Assembly (NCBI GenBank): GCA_965637545.1
Contig: OZ281498.1
Span: 12,834,001-12,898,000 of the forward strand
Source: Phallusia mammillata
Lineage: Eukaryota
Length of the DNA stretch: 64,000 bases
Reading direction: 5' to 3'
Shown: positions 12,601 to 25,300 of the stretch, piece after piece
Layout: each line of letters starts with the position of its first letter
How positions within the stretch are numbered: position 1 is the first letter of the stretch
Position numbers and translations under genes: made by a program
The notes under the pieces: generated by a model
What the model saw: the letters and a program-made list of their open reading frames with translations, nothing else
Databases searched by the model: none
Told to the model about the DNA's origin: nothing

Positions 12601-15600
12601 ACATTCCAAAATAATTTTCCCATTTTTGTTACAAAATTTTAATAAACATCGTCACCAGTAACAGTCACTACCGCGCGTGCCGATTTACTTGTTATTTTCA
12701 TGTGGTAATGGCTTCGCGTGCCAATATTTTTGTGGGTAATAGCGGTTTGTGCCAGGTGCTCGCAGAAAGTGTTTTGTGCTTGTAGGTGGAATTTTAAGAG
12801 AATGACATGATAAAAATTGAAAACAAGCAGTGCAACAGGTTAAAGTAGTACTTCAATATAAACACGCAAATTGGTTGGCGTGCCATGAAACACCACCTTG
12901 CGTGCCAAACCTTAGTGTGATTTTGTTTGCTTAAGTTAGCACAAAAACGAATCCATGTGTTTTATAACTTGTTTGCAAATTAATATCGTTGAGAAAAGTC
13001 GAGTGGTAGTGTGACGTATCAATAAATGTCAATATTTCAATGTATTTTTGTATTATTTTTATAACAACAAAGCATTGGATTTTACAGCTTACTACGAGCT
13101 GCAGGTCGGCTACATGACCAACCTCACTGACAATTTATCGGATCGTATCACGTACTTGCCTACAACGTCTTATTTTACTCAAACCCTGTTTAACAAGACA
13201 ACCGGCCATCCCGTACAGGACCGCACGGTACGTTGACCTCTGTTTAGCCTTAATATCCTACAAGCGGCATGGTAAAAGGAAGTAGCCCGTATTTCCTCTT
13301 ATTAGAGTCTGCTTTTGAACTCAGTATCGAGGTCTTGCTACTGTTTTGTTTTGGCATATTCTTTTGGTACACAAAATCGTTTGTGTAGAAAATTTTATTT
13401 ATTTCTATTTGGTTTTCGAAATGATCACCCTTCAAAATGAAAAGCGCCCTCTTTTGATGAAGAATGCTTTACATTCTTTCCAAAAGTTTAGCTTTAATTT
13501 ATGTCCTATATTTTGTACACTGCTATTTTCGCCCTGCAGGCATTGCAACACGAACCTGTAAACACGATGGAGGCTCTCAATGATTGGCTGCTGCTTTTAA
13601 AGAAAAGGGATTTTCTCATAACGTTTATTCGCATTCTGGAAGAGCAACGCCGCTTTACCGTGCAAGACAAGTAAGTGTGCACTTTATCAATTTTTAGGGT
13701 TTGCATAAAAATATTTCTGCAACCCAAACTGCATTAAAAAGTTAGTCGTGCTTCGTCAAAGAAGCACACTTCAAATGCTCGTTGTGCTTTAAATTTATCG
13801 AACATGTGTTACCCTTATTTGTAAATTTGCTTTTATTTCCGCAGAGGAAGTGTAGCGTCATACCTGACAGCTTGCTTGTTGTCGGATCTCCCCTACTACA
13901 CCAAGTATGTCAAACGCTCATGTGTATAACATATCCCTTACTAAACCTCTATTAAACCGTCCCTTGTTTTGTTGCAGGATTATGTTCGAGCTCTTGTCGC
14001 ATTTGATTGAAAAACACGTTGCCAAAAATCCCAAGCTGCTTTTGAGAAGGTAAGCACTATTGTTTTGGTCAAAAATCCCGGGGATTTTGTTGATGTTCCC
14101 GCAATGATTGTTTGTCTGCAGCTCATTTTCCATACCCTTCCTATTTAAATGTAAACACAGAGGGGTTTGCTGTGAAGGCAAAATGATTTTGATTAAATAT
14201 GTTTTAACATTAAGACGCAATTTTCAAGTAATTGCATTTGGAAATTCTCAGACAAACACCAGTCTGAAAATTAACTTTTAATTTACGCACAACTTGTCGC
14301 AGATCTGAGTCGGTTGTGGAGAAAATGGTTTCCCACTGGCTGTCTATCACCCTCTATGACGATTGCATCAAGGTATGTAGCCAGTTTACGTTGAGATATT
14401 TTTAGACGTATTAATTTACGCTGCATTGCCAGGAGAGCGCCGGGAAACCGATTTTTCTGCTCACCAAGTCGATTCACTATCTCGTGTCGAGCGCGCCATG
14501 TGACGTCATTGCCAACAAAGCGATGAACAGCCTGAACGAGATGACGCTGCTTGGCTCCGAGATATCGCATGAAACCGTGGTACGTAGGTTCGTTGTGTTA
14601 TTGGTGCGAGCGATGACGCAAGTTACAGTGGACCACCTTTTACGGAATTAGCTCGTAAACAATGGACTCACATCGCACAGTATACGTTAACTTATGTTTC
14701 CTTCGGCCTGATGTACATTTGTTTGCGGACACCGGCTTCGTATAATCAGACGTCGACAGGAAATCCCCGAGGTCACAGGCGGTTTACCGCTGGAAAATGG
14801 CCAGACCGCAAGGCTTGTACAAAGCTGGCCTTGGGACCACATGTTCACTTACAGCTGTACTTTAAACCTTGGCAAACGTTTTGATGTAGCTACAAAACGA
14901 AGTTATGTTGTATGACTGTACACTCGTCAGTCATAACCGAACACATACATACAGTATTACGTTAACATTATGGGGATAAAAACCTAAGAATTGAGAAAGA
15001 GTGTGTTGCATTAAACTACACGCAGCCTTCTTGGGTACTTGGCCAAATATAAATTACCTTTACTTCTGACCATTTTGTTCGTTAATATTTTAGATAGTTT
15101 GTCACTTTGCAACTGCACTAAAGCTTCAAACGGGGTCCATTTATGCCAACAAATTTGTGAAACTTACGCTTAAAATAACTCACTTAAAAACAGCTTTAAT
15201 TTGTGCTTGGGACCAAAAATGTTAACACGCCAGCACATGTTTTATGGTAGATTTTGCGCGCATGTATTGATGATGGTACGTCAGATCGCGATAAATCGAC
15301 TGTGGAGGTGAAAGTTGTGAACGTGGACACAATTACTCAAGCAAAGACGAAAATCATTGAAGCTGTGTATAAGGATCGTCCTTACAGCGAATGTCCAAAG
15401 CCGGATGATCTGCAGTTAGGTTCGTTTACAGATTTCTGTTAATCATTGTTTTGTGTCCAAACGGCATTTCCCACAGTCTTAATGCAACGGGTGTATGTAG
15501 AGATTTTGGCAACAGTGGCACAATGCTAATATAACATATGCCTCTTAAATAATATTTAATAACGCTGCTTGCTGGTGTAATGCTCTATTTTTATTGGGAC

Positions 15601-18600
15601 CAGTCCAAAATTTGATATAAAATTCGACTGTTCGGAGCCCATATGTCACACCACGTAAATCGCATTCACGATAAACCCGGGTGAACCGGCCTACGTAGAA
15701 CTGGTGTGTTGTCATTCTCCGCAACAATATGTCGCAACGTATTTCTTTCCGATTACAGAACTACTGAGCTCAACTGACCGAAGAGAAGGAATAGTTCTTT
15801 CCGATATTGATGCCACATCGGAAAAAGACGGATATTATACCAAACTTAATACACTGAAGCATTATAACGTAAGCATAAACGGTTAATGTATATTTTGCGA
15901 TAGGGGGAATTGTTTACCTTTTTAGGTTCTTGAAAGATATGATTGCAAAAACGTCGTACAAATTGCCCAAAATTGTGCGCCATAAAGTCGTACAAATTCT
16001 ATCAAAAATCGGCAAAAATGGAACAAGAAATTGCGTGTATTTTAACCAAAACACATATTTCAACAAATGATCACAAACATATTTCTTGCTTTTTTGCCGC
16101 AGTAAACGTTATTATGTTGGTATTGTGAAATATGCTCCTCCTATTGGCGGCAATTAGCCATTGCGTCTTTGGTGCGTTTGTCTCGACCACTTATGATGGG
16201 TGACAAGCCGCACGCTCGTCAGGCAAAAAGCTGTCATTAATTACAGCTGTCAATCACATGATGGGTGGCGAAATCGCGATGATTAAATATCCGGAACGCT
16301 TTTGTTTTTTGTACAGGTTCCCAACAATGCAACAGCTATCCTTCGCCCACCCGGGGAAGAAACGCCAGGTAAATTGCTATTTATGTATTTGGAATTGTTT
16401 TACGTGGGAATTTCTGTCGTTTCCATACACTGTGTATAAATTAAACGCATTTATGATTGCAGTCCTCATACGGAAAAAAAACACAATAAATTTGAAGACA
16501 TCTTTTAAAATTTATGAATCACTGTATAAAACATATATAACTGTGTATAAAATGAAGTGGAAACGATATCCGTATATTTTACTGAATCCAAAATCAGCGG
16601 TCTAAGAGTGTGTAGAATAACAAGAATAGCGTCTATGCTTGGGATGTAAAGTGACATCTCGGGTGGGTCATAGCCTTTATTGTTGTCGCTCTGCTTACGT
16701 CACTTCCAACCCGTTGACTAATTCGTTGTGCTGTGTCAAGTAAACAAAATACTCAGCTAGCTTTTGCTGTTATGAAACAAAGTCAACCAATACCGACGTT
16801 GTAATTCATTGTTGTTTTGTCCTAACCGAAAGATGATGAAAGCCAACGCGGAGGCTTCGAGCAGTTTCTTGATCGCAACTACAGTTTCGATATACACCTT
16901 CCCGATATTTCACGCAGTTAGTAGTTTTGGAATCCTTAGTCTTTTGGGATTGCATGCACTGGTTTTCCGCCATAATTGCGCAATTTCAAGTTGCAGTGTA
17001 CGCCCAGACTACATTAATTTTGACTAATCAATCGCAAAACAGCTGCACATTTCAATCACCACACTATTGAATGCAAACAATAAAATTTGTGCAAAGGATT
17101 GTGCATGCCAAATTAATCGCTGGAAGGCAAACGCCCACCCCTAGCACACTGCATTGGACAATATAATCCCAGTGTAAGAAGCAAGCCTACAACGGTGCCT
17201 GCGCTGCACAACAGTTCCATGGTGATTGCGAGGCGTCATGTGAACGGAATTATGTTTCAGACTGATTAGTTTCCTATCAAACAAATGTAATGTACTGTAG
17301 ACCGCTGCTGCGGCGCATATGGTATGTGCTGACCCATACAATGTATGTGGATGGCTGCGTTTAACTAACAGGCGCTGAAAAGACTGAAACTTCCGCCTGC
17401 GAGTATGTGCAAATTATGCTTATCTCGCACTGTGCATGAAAATATAGCCATTTGTTGAGCAAATCAGGAACCGCAATTGACTGCTGCCTAATAATTCTTA
17501 ATTTTATGTCAATTTGGCATTTCGAGTGTAATACATCTAGAATCTGCACCGATTTGTTTCAAATGGATCCAGTGTATTGCCTGCATAATATTGCCACAAC
17601 AAGGCTGGCTCATTAGAAGAGCTGTTATTGTTTGTCAAAAAAGTGCTGATGAGTATGGGCAAGCCCAATTTTATGCTTATGTAATGCAAACAATGTTTCA
17701 TTTTGCAGCATCACAAGACTCCAAAGCGCCGTTGCTGACAAACGAAAGAAGGACTTTGTATCATCTGGTAAGTTGCGAACCTTGTGAGCTTGTAGCACGA
17801 GCGTGTGTTAAAACTCGTATCGACCCATGCATTGAAAAGACGAACCCGACCCCTGACCAAACCATGCACTACAACAGTAATCAAGGAAATTGTTGGCTGT
17901 CGCTAACTGTGCTGGTTGCCTCCATCAGGGATCAACATGTCACGTTGTACCAGGGCCACTTTGCGAAGTTACAAAGTAGCATTTCGAATAAAGCAGTATT
18001 TGTGAGCCGCTTGATATTAGATGAAATCGTTGGGCAGCCATTAAAAAATCGATAGGCGGTTTCCTTACCAGACAGCAGCGCGATGTTGTTGCTGTCCTGT
18101 AAAGCAATCTAATTGCTTTATCGAAACAAATAAATCGACCAATCAATTACCACAGATTCATCCACGTGACGACGAATCGGCCAACGGGGGAATAGGAATG
18201 GATGATGATAATAACAGTGGAAAAAAAGCCAATACTGTCATCGACAATCTGATGAAACGACCATTCCAGGAAATGTATCTTACGCGGATGGTTCGTGCAA
18301 AGGTGGGAAAATCCGCTTTTAATTGCCTGATAACCCATTTGGCACAACCGTTATCGTCAAATTTCTTTTGTTTACCAGACCACACTCCAAGAGTACGTTG
18401 ATGGTGTCTTTAGCGCCATTTTGTGTCCAAAACCGCTCCCGAAGTCCGTGAGATATTTCTTCCAGTATTTGGATGCCGAGGCAGCCAAGCACAAAGTTAG
18501 CGACCCTGAAGTCATTCACATTTGGAAAACGAACAGGTGACAAAACAGAAAAACCCCATAAACACTACAATTTATGGGAAATGACTTAATGGTTTTACTG

Positions 18601-21257
18601 ACTGCTAAAGTCATTACTGACTCCTACTAACAAGAGGAAGTTTAAACGATGTGAGTCAGAATAGTGTCTGCGCCCATAATTAGCTACATACTAATCTATA
18701 TCCTGTTATAATACACGTGATATATTTCAAAACGATCACCACTAGGGATGGGCCGAGCCGAGCCGGAACCCGAGTACTCGGTACCGAGCATCGCTGTTTT
18801 TAATGCTCGGTGCTCGGCCGAGCAGTTGCACAAACTGACCCGAGCGTTAAATTTGCATATTTATGCCCTGCTAACATACGAAACTAGTGTTCTAAAGGGT
18901 GTCTATGAACAAAAACAAATGATTTTTCAAATGTATTAGATAGTGGAAAAACGCATACTTAAAGGGCATGTACAGCTTAATAAAACATCGCCGGTGACGT
19001 AAGAGATCTTGTAGAGCTAATACGTAGAAAGGGGATTTTTGTGACGTCATAATGCACCGAGCGTTCTCGGCCGAGCACCGAGCATTAAAGTGAGATGCTC
19101 GGTGCTCGACCAAACAGAACATTTGTAGTTTTGGCACATCCCTAATCACCACCCTATTTAAATTTCAATCATGTTTTTTAGCCCACTGGTTTAGCATAAC
19201 GGAAATGCATCTAAAGACGGGTTTAGTTTCAAAATAGACCTCTTGCAGACCTGGCTTGTTATGATACCTCTTTATGTGCATGTTTTTATAATAATTTGAC
19301 GACAAATATTTTTGCCAAAACTAATAGAATGCGTGCTTTGTATAACACACAGAACATAAATGGTAATAATGTTACAATATTTATCCAAAATGCAGCTTGT
19401 TACTTCGGTACTGGGTGAACGTGCTTAAGAATCCCGAATTTATCTATGACACAAACAAAACGGCGATCGTTGACACTTGCCTCAACGTGATCACACAAGC
19501 CTTTATGGATGCATGTACAACTAGCAACAGGAAGCTCGGCCACGTAAGTCCTGATTCATTCTCACTTTAAGCTATCTTTACCTTCAATGGTGTCGCCCGG
19601 CAGTATTGCAGCACTTTAACGCTACGTCATTCCATTCAAAACATGATTTGATGTTTTATAGGTAGCACATGAGTTGTTTGCTGGCTCGTTACAGTCACTA
19701 AGTTAGTGTGACTCCTAACACTTTATCAGTTGTTGTTGAATGGCTATGTGCTCTTTTTTACTTTCTGTTTACTATCAAAGGTTTCGGCGAACTACTGGTA
19801 CTTTCGGTTTTCTAAACTGCTTTAAAAACCTGAACTTGGTCTATACGATCACGCGTAGATACAAATCCCAGCCCACTTTCGGTTTTCAAAACTGCTTTGA
19901 AAATCGAAACTTAGTCTGGGTCAACTAAAGCGTACAAACAAGTTCTCTAAAGAAATATAACTTACATGCTACTAAACGGTAAACGTAATCTGATTAAGGT
20001 CAAACCTTGACTAGTATTGTACAAATACATTAGGCATATTTTTGATCTGTATTTTTCTTTATTGACGATTGACATGTAAATGGCCACTTCAAGACTTTGG
20101 CAAAATATCAGTACCGCTTTGTTTTTTGTTGCGGTTTGCTTCTTGTCAAAAGAACAGAGGTGTAAGTCGGGTAGAACTTCGTGTTGGTTCGCGCTCTAGT
20201 TTGAAGAAAACGGGTTCGGCCGTGGAATTGGGCTTCTTTGGGGTTCGGGCCGGGTTCTTTGACCCGCTTTCAACTCACACCACAATCATGTAAATGTGTG
20301 TAAAGGTTTCGTAAAGCCCATGTTACTCTTACTCACCACAAACCATCAATACACATGCGCCTGTAAATGATAAAGCGATTTTATTTGTATTTTTTAGGAT
20401 TCTCCCTCAAACAAGCTTCTCTATGCCAAGGATGCCGAACATTACAAAGTGATGGTTAAAGAGTAAGTAGAGTAGCCGCTTCTTTTTGTATTGCTTAACA
20501 TGATTCACAAAATCATTTCAAACTCTTTCAGATTTTTTGTGAACGTTTCCAACACTGCAATTTTGAGTGAGAAGGAAATGAATGATGTGCTCCGCAAAAG
20601 ATCCACCGTAAGTAAAACATATGTATATAACTGTTATGTGCCCACCACCTATTTCTACATAAATTCAAACTGTAAACATCTAAAGCTGATACTCTACTTC
20701 CATTTTAAACAAAACAAGATGATGGTGCACAACTGTTTACCAAAGTTGGGGAAATTTATTGTTTACGTAGTTTGCATCCTTTACTGACCATTTTTCTATT
20801 GCACTAAAGGTTGTCATAAGCAAGTCTAAGTAAGGCATTTCGGAGCATTTGGGGTAAAATAGAAAGTATTAAGAGCTCAAAACTTGTGGAGCGTTGTTTT
20901 TATCAACCCGATTAACCTCATTGGTTTGTAAACACGCGATGTACATGCAAGTGGTGGTTAAATGCTTAACGCTTTAGCATTATTTTTGTCAACAAACCCT
21001 TTTTTATCTTGATAGGAATATGGAGGAGAGCTGAACGAAATGGCTGCAGCACAAATGCTTTCCAGCTATCTCATAAAATATCGTGAACAGGTATAAAAAG
21101 GTTTGTTTATGAACCGCAGAGACAATTATACACATTCATTTAATATCCACAGGTTACCGACAGTCTGCGAGAAAACGAAAAAGAACACTTTGCCAAGTCG
21201 GTTGAGGTAATTTGTCAAAAACTGGGCGACAGCAGTTGTTGTACTACCATGGTTTGA
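644..21257 (+). CDS. PLXN: Plexin (Sema - 3x PSI - IPT repeats - TM - split RasGAP/RBD), about 38 exons; class not resolved (A/B-like)
   Basis: GT-AG exons join in phase: 644-779, 987-2047, 2117-2320, 2384-2506, 2590-2690, 2938-3061, 3275-3461, 3523-3637, 3957-4170, 4482-4592, 4923-5007, 5439-5617, 5879-6027, 6278-6383, 7484-7617, 8152-8313, 8727-8810, 9499-9613, 10192-10340, 11113-11286, 12354-12582, 13088-13227, 13540-13670, 13845-13904, 13978-14049, 14303-14372, 14433-14579, 15251-15419, 15759-15868, 16317-16368, 17709-17767, 18156-18302, 18379-18536, 19396-19543, 20398-20462, 20532-20607, 21016-21090, 21153-21257. Motifs: Sema YVGATN and FFVGTGKG; [24 protein letters not shown]; [20 protein letters not shown]; cytoplasmic [66 protein letters not shown]. 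The last exon is uncertain. Confidence 0.95.
6838..7383. mobile_element. Non-autonomous hAT (Ac-like) MITE in a plexin intron
   Basis: TIR TAGTGATGGGACGA...TCGTCCCATCACTA; perfect 8-bp TSD AAACTTTC (6830-6837 and 7384-7391); subterminal GTACCGA/GATACC repeats. Confidence 0.9.
6903..7059. mobile_element. Short hAT MITE nested inside the 6838-7383 MITE
   Basis: Termini CAGGGTTTTTTTT...AAAAAAAACACTG; perfect 8-bp TSD CATGTATA (6895-6902 and 7060-7067); a second copy lies in the opposite orientation at 29276-29437. Confidence 0.88.
8551..8602. repeat. 20-bp direct repeat in a plexin intron
   Basis: TGGTAAAGTATCAGCCAAAA at 8551 and 8583. Confidence 0.7.
18743..19144. mobile_element. Non-autonomous hAT (Ac-like) MITE in a plexin intron
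   Basis: Termini TAGGGATG...CATCCCTA; perfect 8-bp TSD ATCACCAC (18735-18742 and 19145-19152); many CCGAG/CTCGG subterminal motifs. Confidence 0.9.
19800..19918. repeat. Diverged tandem duplication, 75-bp period
   Basis: ACTTTCGGTTTTC(T/A)AAACTGCTTT(A/G)AAAA..AACTT(G/A)GTCT at 19800 and 19875. Confidence 0.75.
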
Positions 21258-22343
21258 CGATTGATCTCATCGACTCAACTCAGGGACGCCGTTAATGGCG
21301 GCGATATCGCCGCGGAAGGGTGTTTGTCTAATGTCAGTCTTAGTTACTCCTTATCAAATCAGTGATAAACCTGCGTTTTGTCTGGCCAGCACAGAATCAC
21401 TGTGAAGGTCGAGAATTTATCTGTCCTTAAAGTATCGCAACGTTCCCGTCTCTGGTGTATTTTAATTCTGCCTATTTCCAAACGTCCTTACTTTTGACTT
21501 TGTATGTTTTTTGTATTCTTTTTACTTACCTGTGTAGTTTAACATTTTATCAGCCTTGCAAATCAAATTGTGTTTTGTGAGTAAAGTTTCATAATTTGTC
21601 CCTATCGCGTTATTTACACTGATGGTGTTTCGTACCGAGTATGTCTTCAATTTGATTTTTAAGATTAAAAGCAGTCGTTGTATTTGCATCAACCGGTTGT
21701 ATTTTGTACTGTGTGACACATTGCAATATTTGAATCGTTTCTTTTTTCATTATTTCTTATTGTTTGCAGCAAATATTTCCAGCAGGCGTTAGTCATCAAA
21801 CTTTTCGTTTCATTTCAACATGCTTGACATTTCCAATTAAAATTTGAAGCCTTTGACAACAGTTAGAATTGCCCGAACCCAGTAGAGAAAGCTATCTATT
21901 AGTTTTGAGACACCTTGACCAAAAAACAGCACGCAACGTTTACAAATCCTTTGCATGTCTTCTTTTGTCCATGTCTGTGGTTTGTAAGGTTAGGCAAGCA
22001 GTGGACGTATGGACGCCGCGCTAACGAAATGGGAGCCAGTCTCGGTTCATGAAAGAGCACTTTTTATCTTCCATAAGATACAGCTCGGCTCTAGAACAAA
22101 CTTTCACGGCCTAAAAAACGCTGATGAAGCTAACCGCGATACGGTCGGCGACACGCTCTTTTACAAGTGAAGCCAAGCAGAAATTGCTCGCAAAGCAACG
22201 ATTCTCTGCTGCAATGACTTGACAAAAACGCTGACTTCTTATTTTAAGTAGCCTTGCGAATTGAATTCTGGTTAAACTTACAAGTTTTTTAATTCGAATG
22301 TTTTTATTTTGTGCGTATTATAAGCTATTGGTGATCAAATAGA

Positions 22344-25300
22344 ATGGGTTTAAATACAAAAGTTGCGATTTCTGCATTTTTGTTGGTTTCCGTTTTGTCG
22401 TTGTGTGAGGCGAAAGATCGTGTGTATTTTCTCGCTATAAAAGAGATCATATGGGATTATGCGCCTTCAGGAATGAACTTGCTAACAGGCAACAAACTAG
22501 ACTATGAAAAGTAAGTTCTGTATTAAAGTTATAATTTGTTTTTGTTGCTTGTAAACATTATTCTTTTGAAGGATCCCTCGGATTTACAGTAACATGTACA
22601 TTGGAAAGAGGTATAAGAAAGCGGTGTACAGACGTTACACAGATAAAACGTTTCAAACTGAAATTCCTCATGATCCCAGCCTTGGGTTTATGGGGCCCAC
22701 AATACGATCGGAGGTAAGCACCAATCCACATCTGGTTTTATTTGTGGTGAGGTATTTTGGTATCTGTGTGCATTGTTTAGATTGGAGATAGGATCATTCT
22801 CCATTTGTTCAACAACGCATCAAAGATTTACTCTGCTCACCCGCACGGAGTCTTTTACACCAAATCCAACGAAGGTGCCAAGTATTTTGATAACAGCACA
22901 GACTCGGGCGATGATTCTGTGCCTCCCGGTGGACATTACACATACGAGTGGGAAGTTTTGGCCGAGTAAGTCAACCCATATCACTCATTATAAACAAGTG
23001 CAAGTAACTCCTTCAAAGGATAAAGAATTATCGAGACAAAATACATGTATATTTATGCGCAGGAAGCGAAATCCAACCGTTCAGGCACTCGTTTACTTTA
23101 CAGATACGGACCAGCCAGGGACGACCCAAACTGCCTTACATACATGTATCACTCTCACACTCATTCTCCAGTGGATATCAACTCTGGTCTAATCGGTGCC
23201 TTGCTCGTCTGCAGACAAGGTTATTAAAGTGTTTTAATGAAGTTTTCAAACAAAACATATTACTAATCCCTATACAAGCATATTTATTTATTAGCCACTA
23301 TTCAAGTATGAGTTATATTCGTTACAGGCACGTATCGAGAAGACGAAACGCGAACCGACGTTGATCACGAATTTGTTGCTCTGTTTTTTATTGCTCACGA
23401 GAGGGAAACTTGGTATTTCTGGGAAAATTTAGAGGTTGGCTATAAAATAAATGACTTTAAAATGTGGGCAAAGTCATTTACACCAACTTCAATCTGTTGA
23501 TAGATTTTCATGCCGGGGCAAACCGTTGACATTAATGAGCGGTATTTTCAAAAGGGAAACAAGATGCACGCAATTAATGGTTACATGTATAGCAACACAC
23601 CAGGTTATCAAGTTTGTCAAGGAGACACCATCAGTTGGCAAATGTTGGGCATGGGTTCAAACCGCGACCTTCACCCGATTACGTTTCAGGGTCAAACGGT
23701 GGGTTTTCAGGGTCAAATAAGATGCGTTGTTGCATAACGATTGTTACTGTGTGGTATTGACAATTGTAGATGCTCCATCAACATCACCGCAAGGACGCTT
23801 TTATAATGATTCCGGCGACATTGGCGACTGCAATCATGAAGGCGGATAACCCAGGGGTCTGGACAATAGCCTGCAAACTATACAGTCACTATACAGGTAA
23901 AACGCACTGTTGATGGCGTTTTCTAACATCTGTAAAACACTTTTTTGGAAAGCTAATATCTTCCTCAATATGTAACAGAGGGCATGATAGCGTTGCTGGA
24001 AGTAGACCCAGCTTGCAGAAAACCTACCTCACCACTGCCAGCCGAGAGTTTGACCGGTACTGTCCGAGAATACTTTGTTGCTGCCGAAGAGGTTTTGTGG
24101 GATTACGGACCAAATGGAGTTGATGGATTTACTGGGGAAAGTCTCACCGCTCCCGAGTCGTAAGGAAATTTTAGCTTCACACTTGCATATAATGAACATC
24201 ACCAGGCGTAAAAATTGTTTACACGTATGTGCAAGTGTGAAAAGTGTAAATTCCACAACTAAGCTTAAATGTTAAAAGAGATTATAATCCACAATAGTGG
24301 TGTGTAATTCATAAAAGATTATAATCCACTATAGTGGTGTGATAAAAAGGGAAAGGTAGCAAAAAAGTACATTAAAATATTGTTTAGAAATTCAGCTACA
24401 TTTTTTGAGCAAGGCTCAGACCGTATCGGTGGACTTTACAAGAAGGCGGTTTATCGCGGATACACAAATGCCAATTTTGACGTGCTAAGTCCACGTTCAG
24501 ATGACATGGGAATACTCGGACCAGTTATTGCAGCTGAAGTTGGTGACACAGTGAAGATTGTGTTCAAAAACAAAGCTACACAAAACGTAATTTCCAGTGC
24601 TTACTTACATTCTCTTTCAAAACAATGAAATTTAAATTGGCAAGTCCACTGAAAAAGTCGATTATGGTATAACTATAAATGTTACACATAAACAGCATAA
24701 AAAATGTGAGGTAATGAAATGAGCCAGTTTAAGGTTTTCCGACCAATGTATTTTATTGAAACCTTACATGAATAGCCCATTCTATTTGAATAACGTTTTT
24801 CTTTGCTAAAATCGTTTTATGTAGGCATTTAACATGGAGCCACACGGTGTATATTTTTCTGAAGCCAGTCCGGTTCTGCCACAAACGAAGCACACTTACA
24901 CCTGGTACGTCTTTCAGCCTTCTTTTTTTCTGTCGTCAGCTAAAAAGATAACACTTGTTTTACAGGACTTTGCCGGATACGGTTTCACCGGGTAAAAATG
25001 ACCCCAACTGCATCGCATTTGTTTACACATCTTCTGTAGAGTACATTTCCGACTCCAACGCTGGCCTTGCGGGGCCTATTCTGGTTTGCAAACGAGGTAA
25101 ACGGTTACTTTTACCTTATAAAAACAATAGATAATCATATTATTCCAAGCAAAAAGTTGTCAGTTTATGACCACCAGATTATATATGCCACTATAACACA
25201 TGACACTATAATAAATGATCTATATTCTAATTACTGTTTAAACTCGAGTTTTTTTTTGGAATTAGCAACACAAAACGTGACGGTTTTTATTTAAAAAAAA

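Noticed and set aside
12655-12912. Degenerate hAT-like fragments (also near 8350, 8990, 20195-20276, 39040-39105, 54390)
   Set aside because: Only partial terminal or subterminal motifs; no paired TIRs or TSDs could be established.
14283-14570. Antisense or off-frame ORFs such as 14283-14570, 17591-18055, 42247-42600, 54705-55175 and 57870-58401
   Set aside because: Shadows or intronic extensions of plexin, chordin-like and FNDC3 exons, with no independent protein signature.
22129-22160. CTGATGA-hairpin-GACAC hammerhead-like string on the plus strand
   Set aside because: The core GAAA is GACA and helix I does not pair; it lies in a candidate coding or UTR segment.
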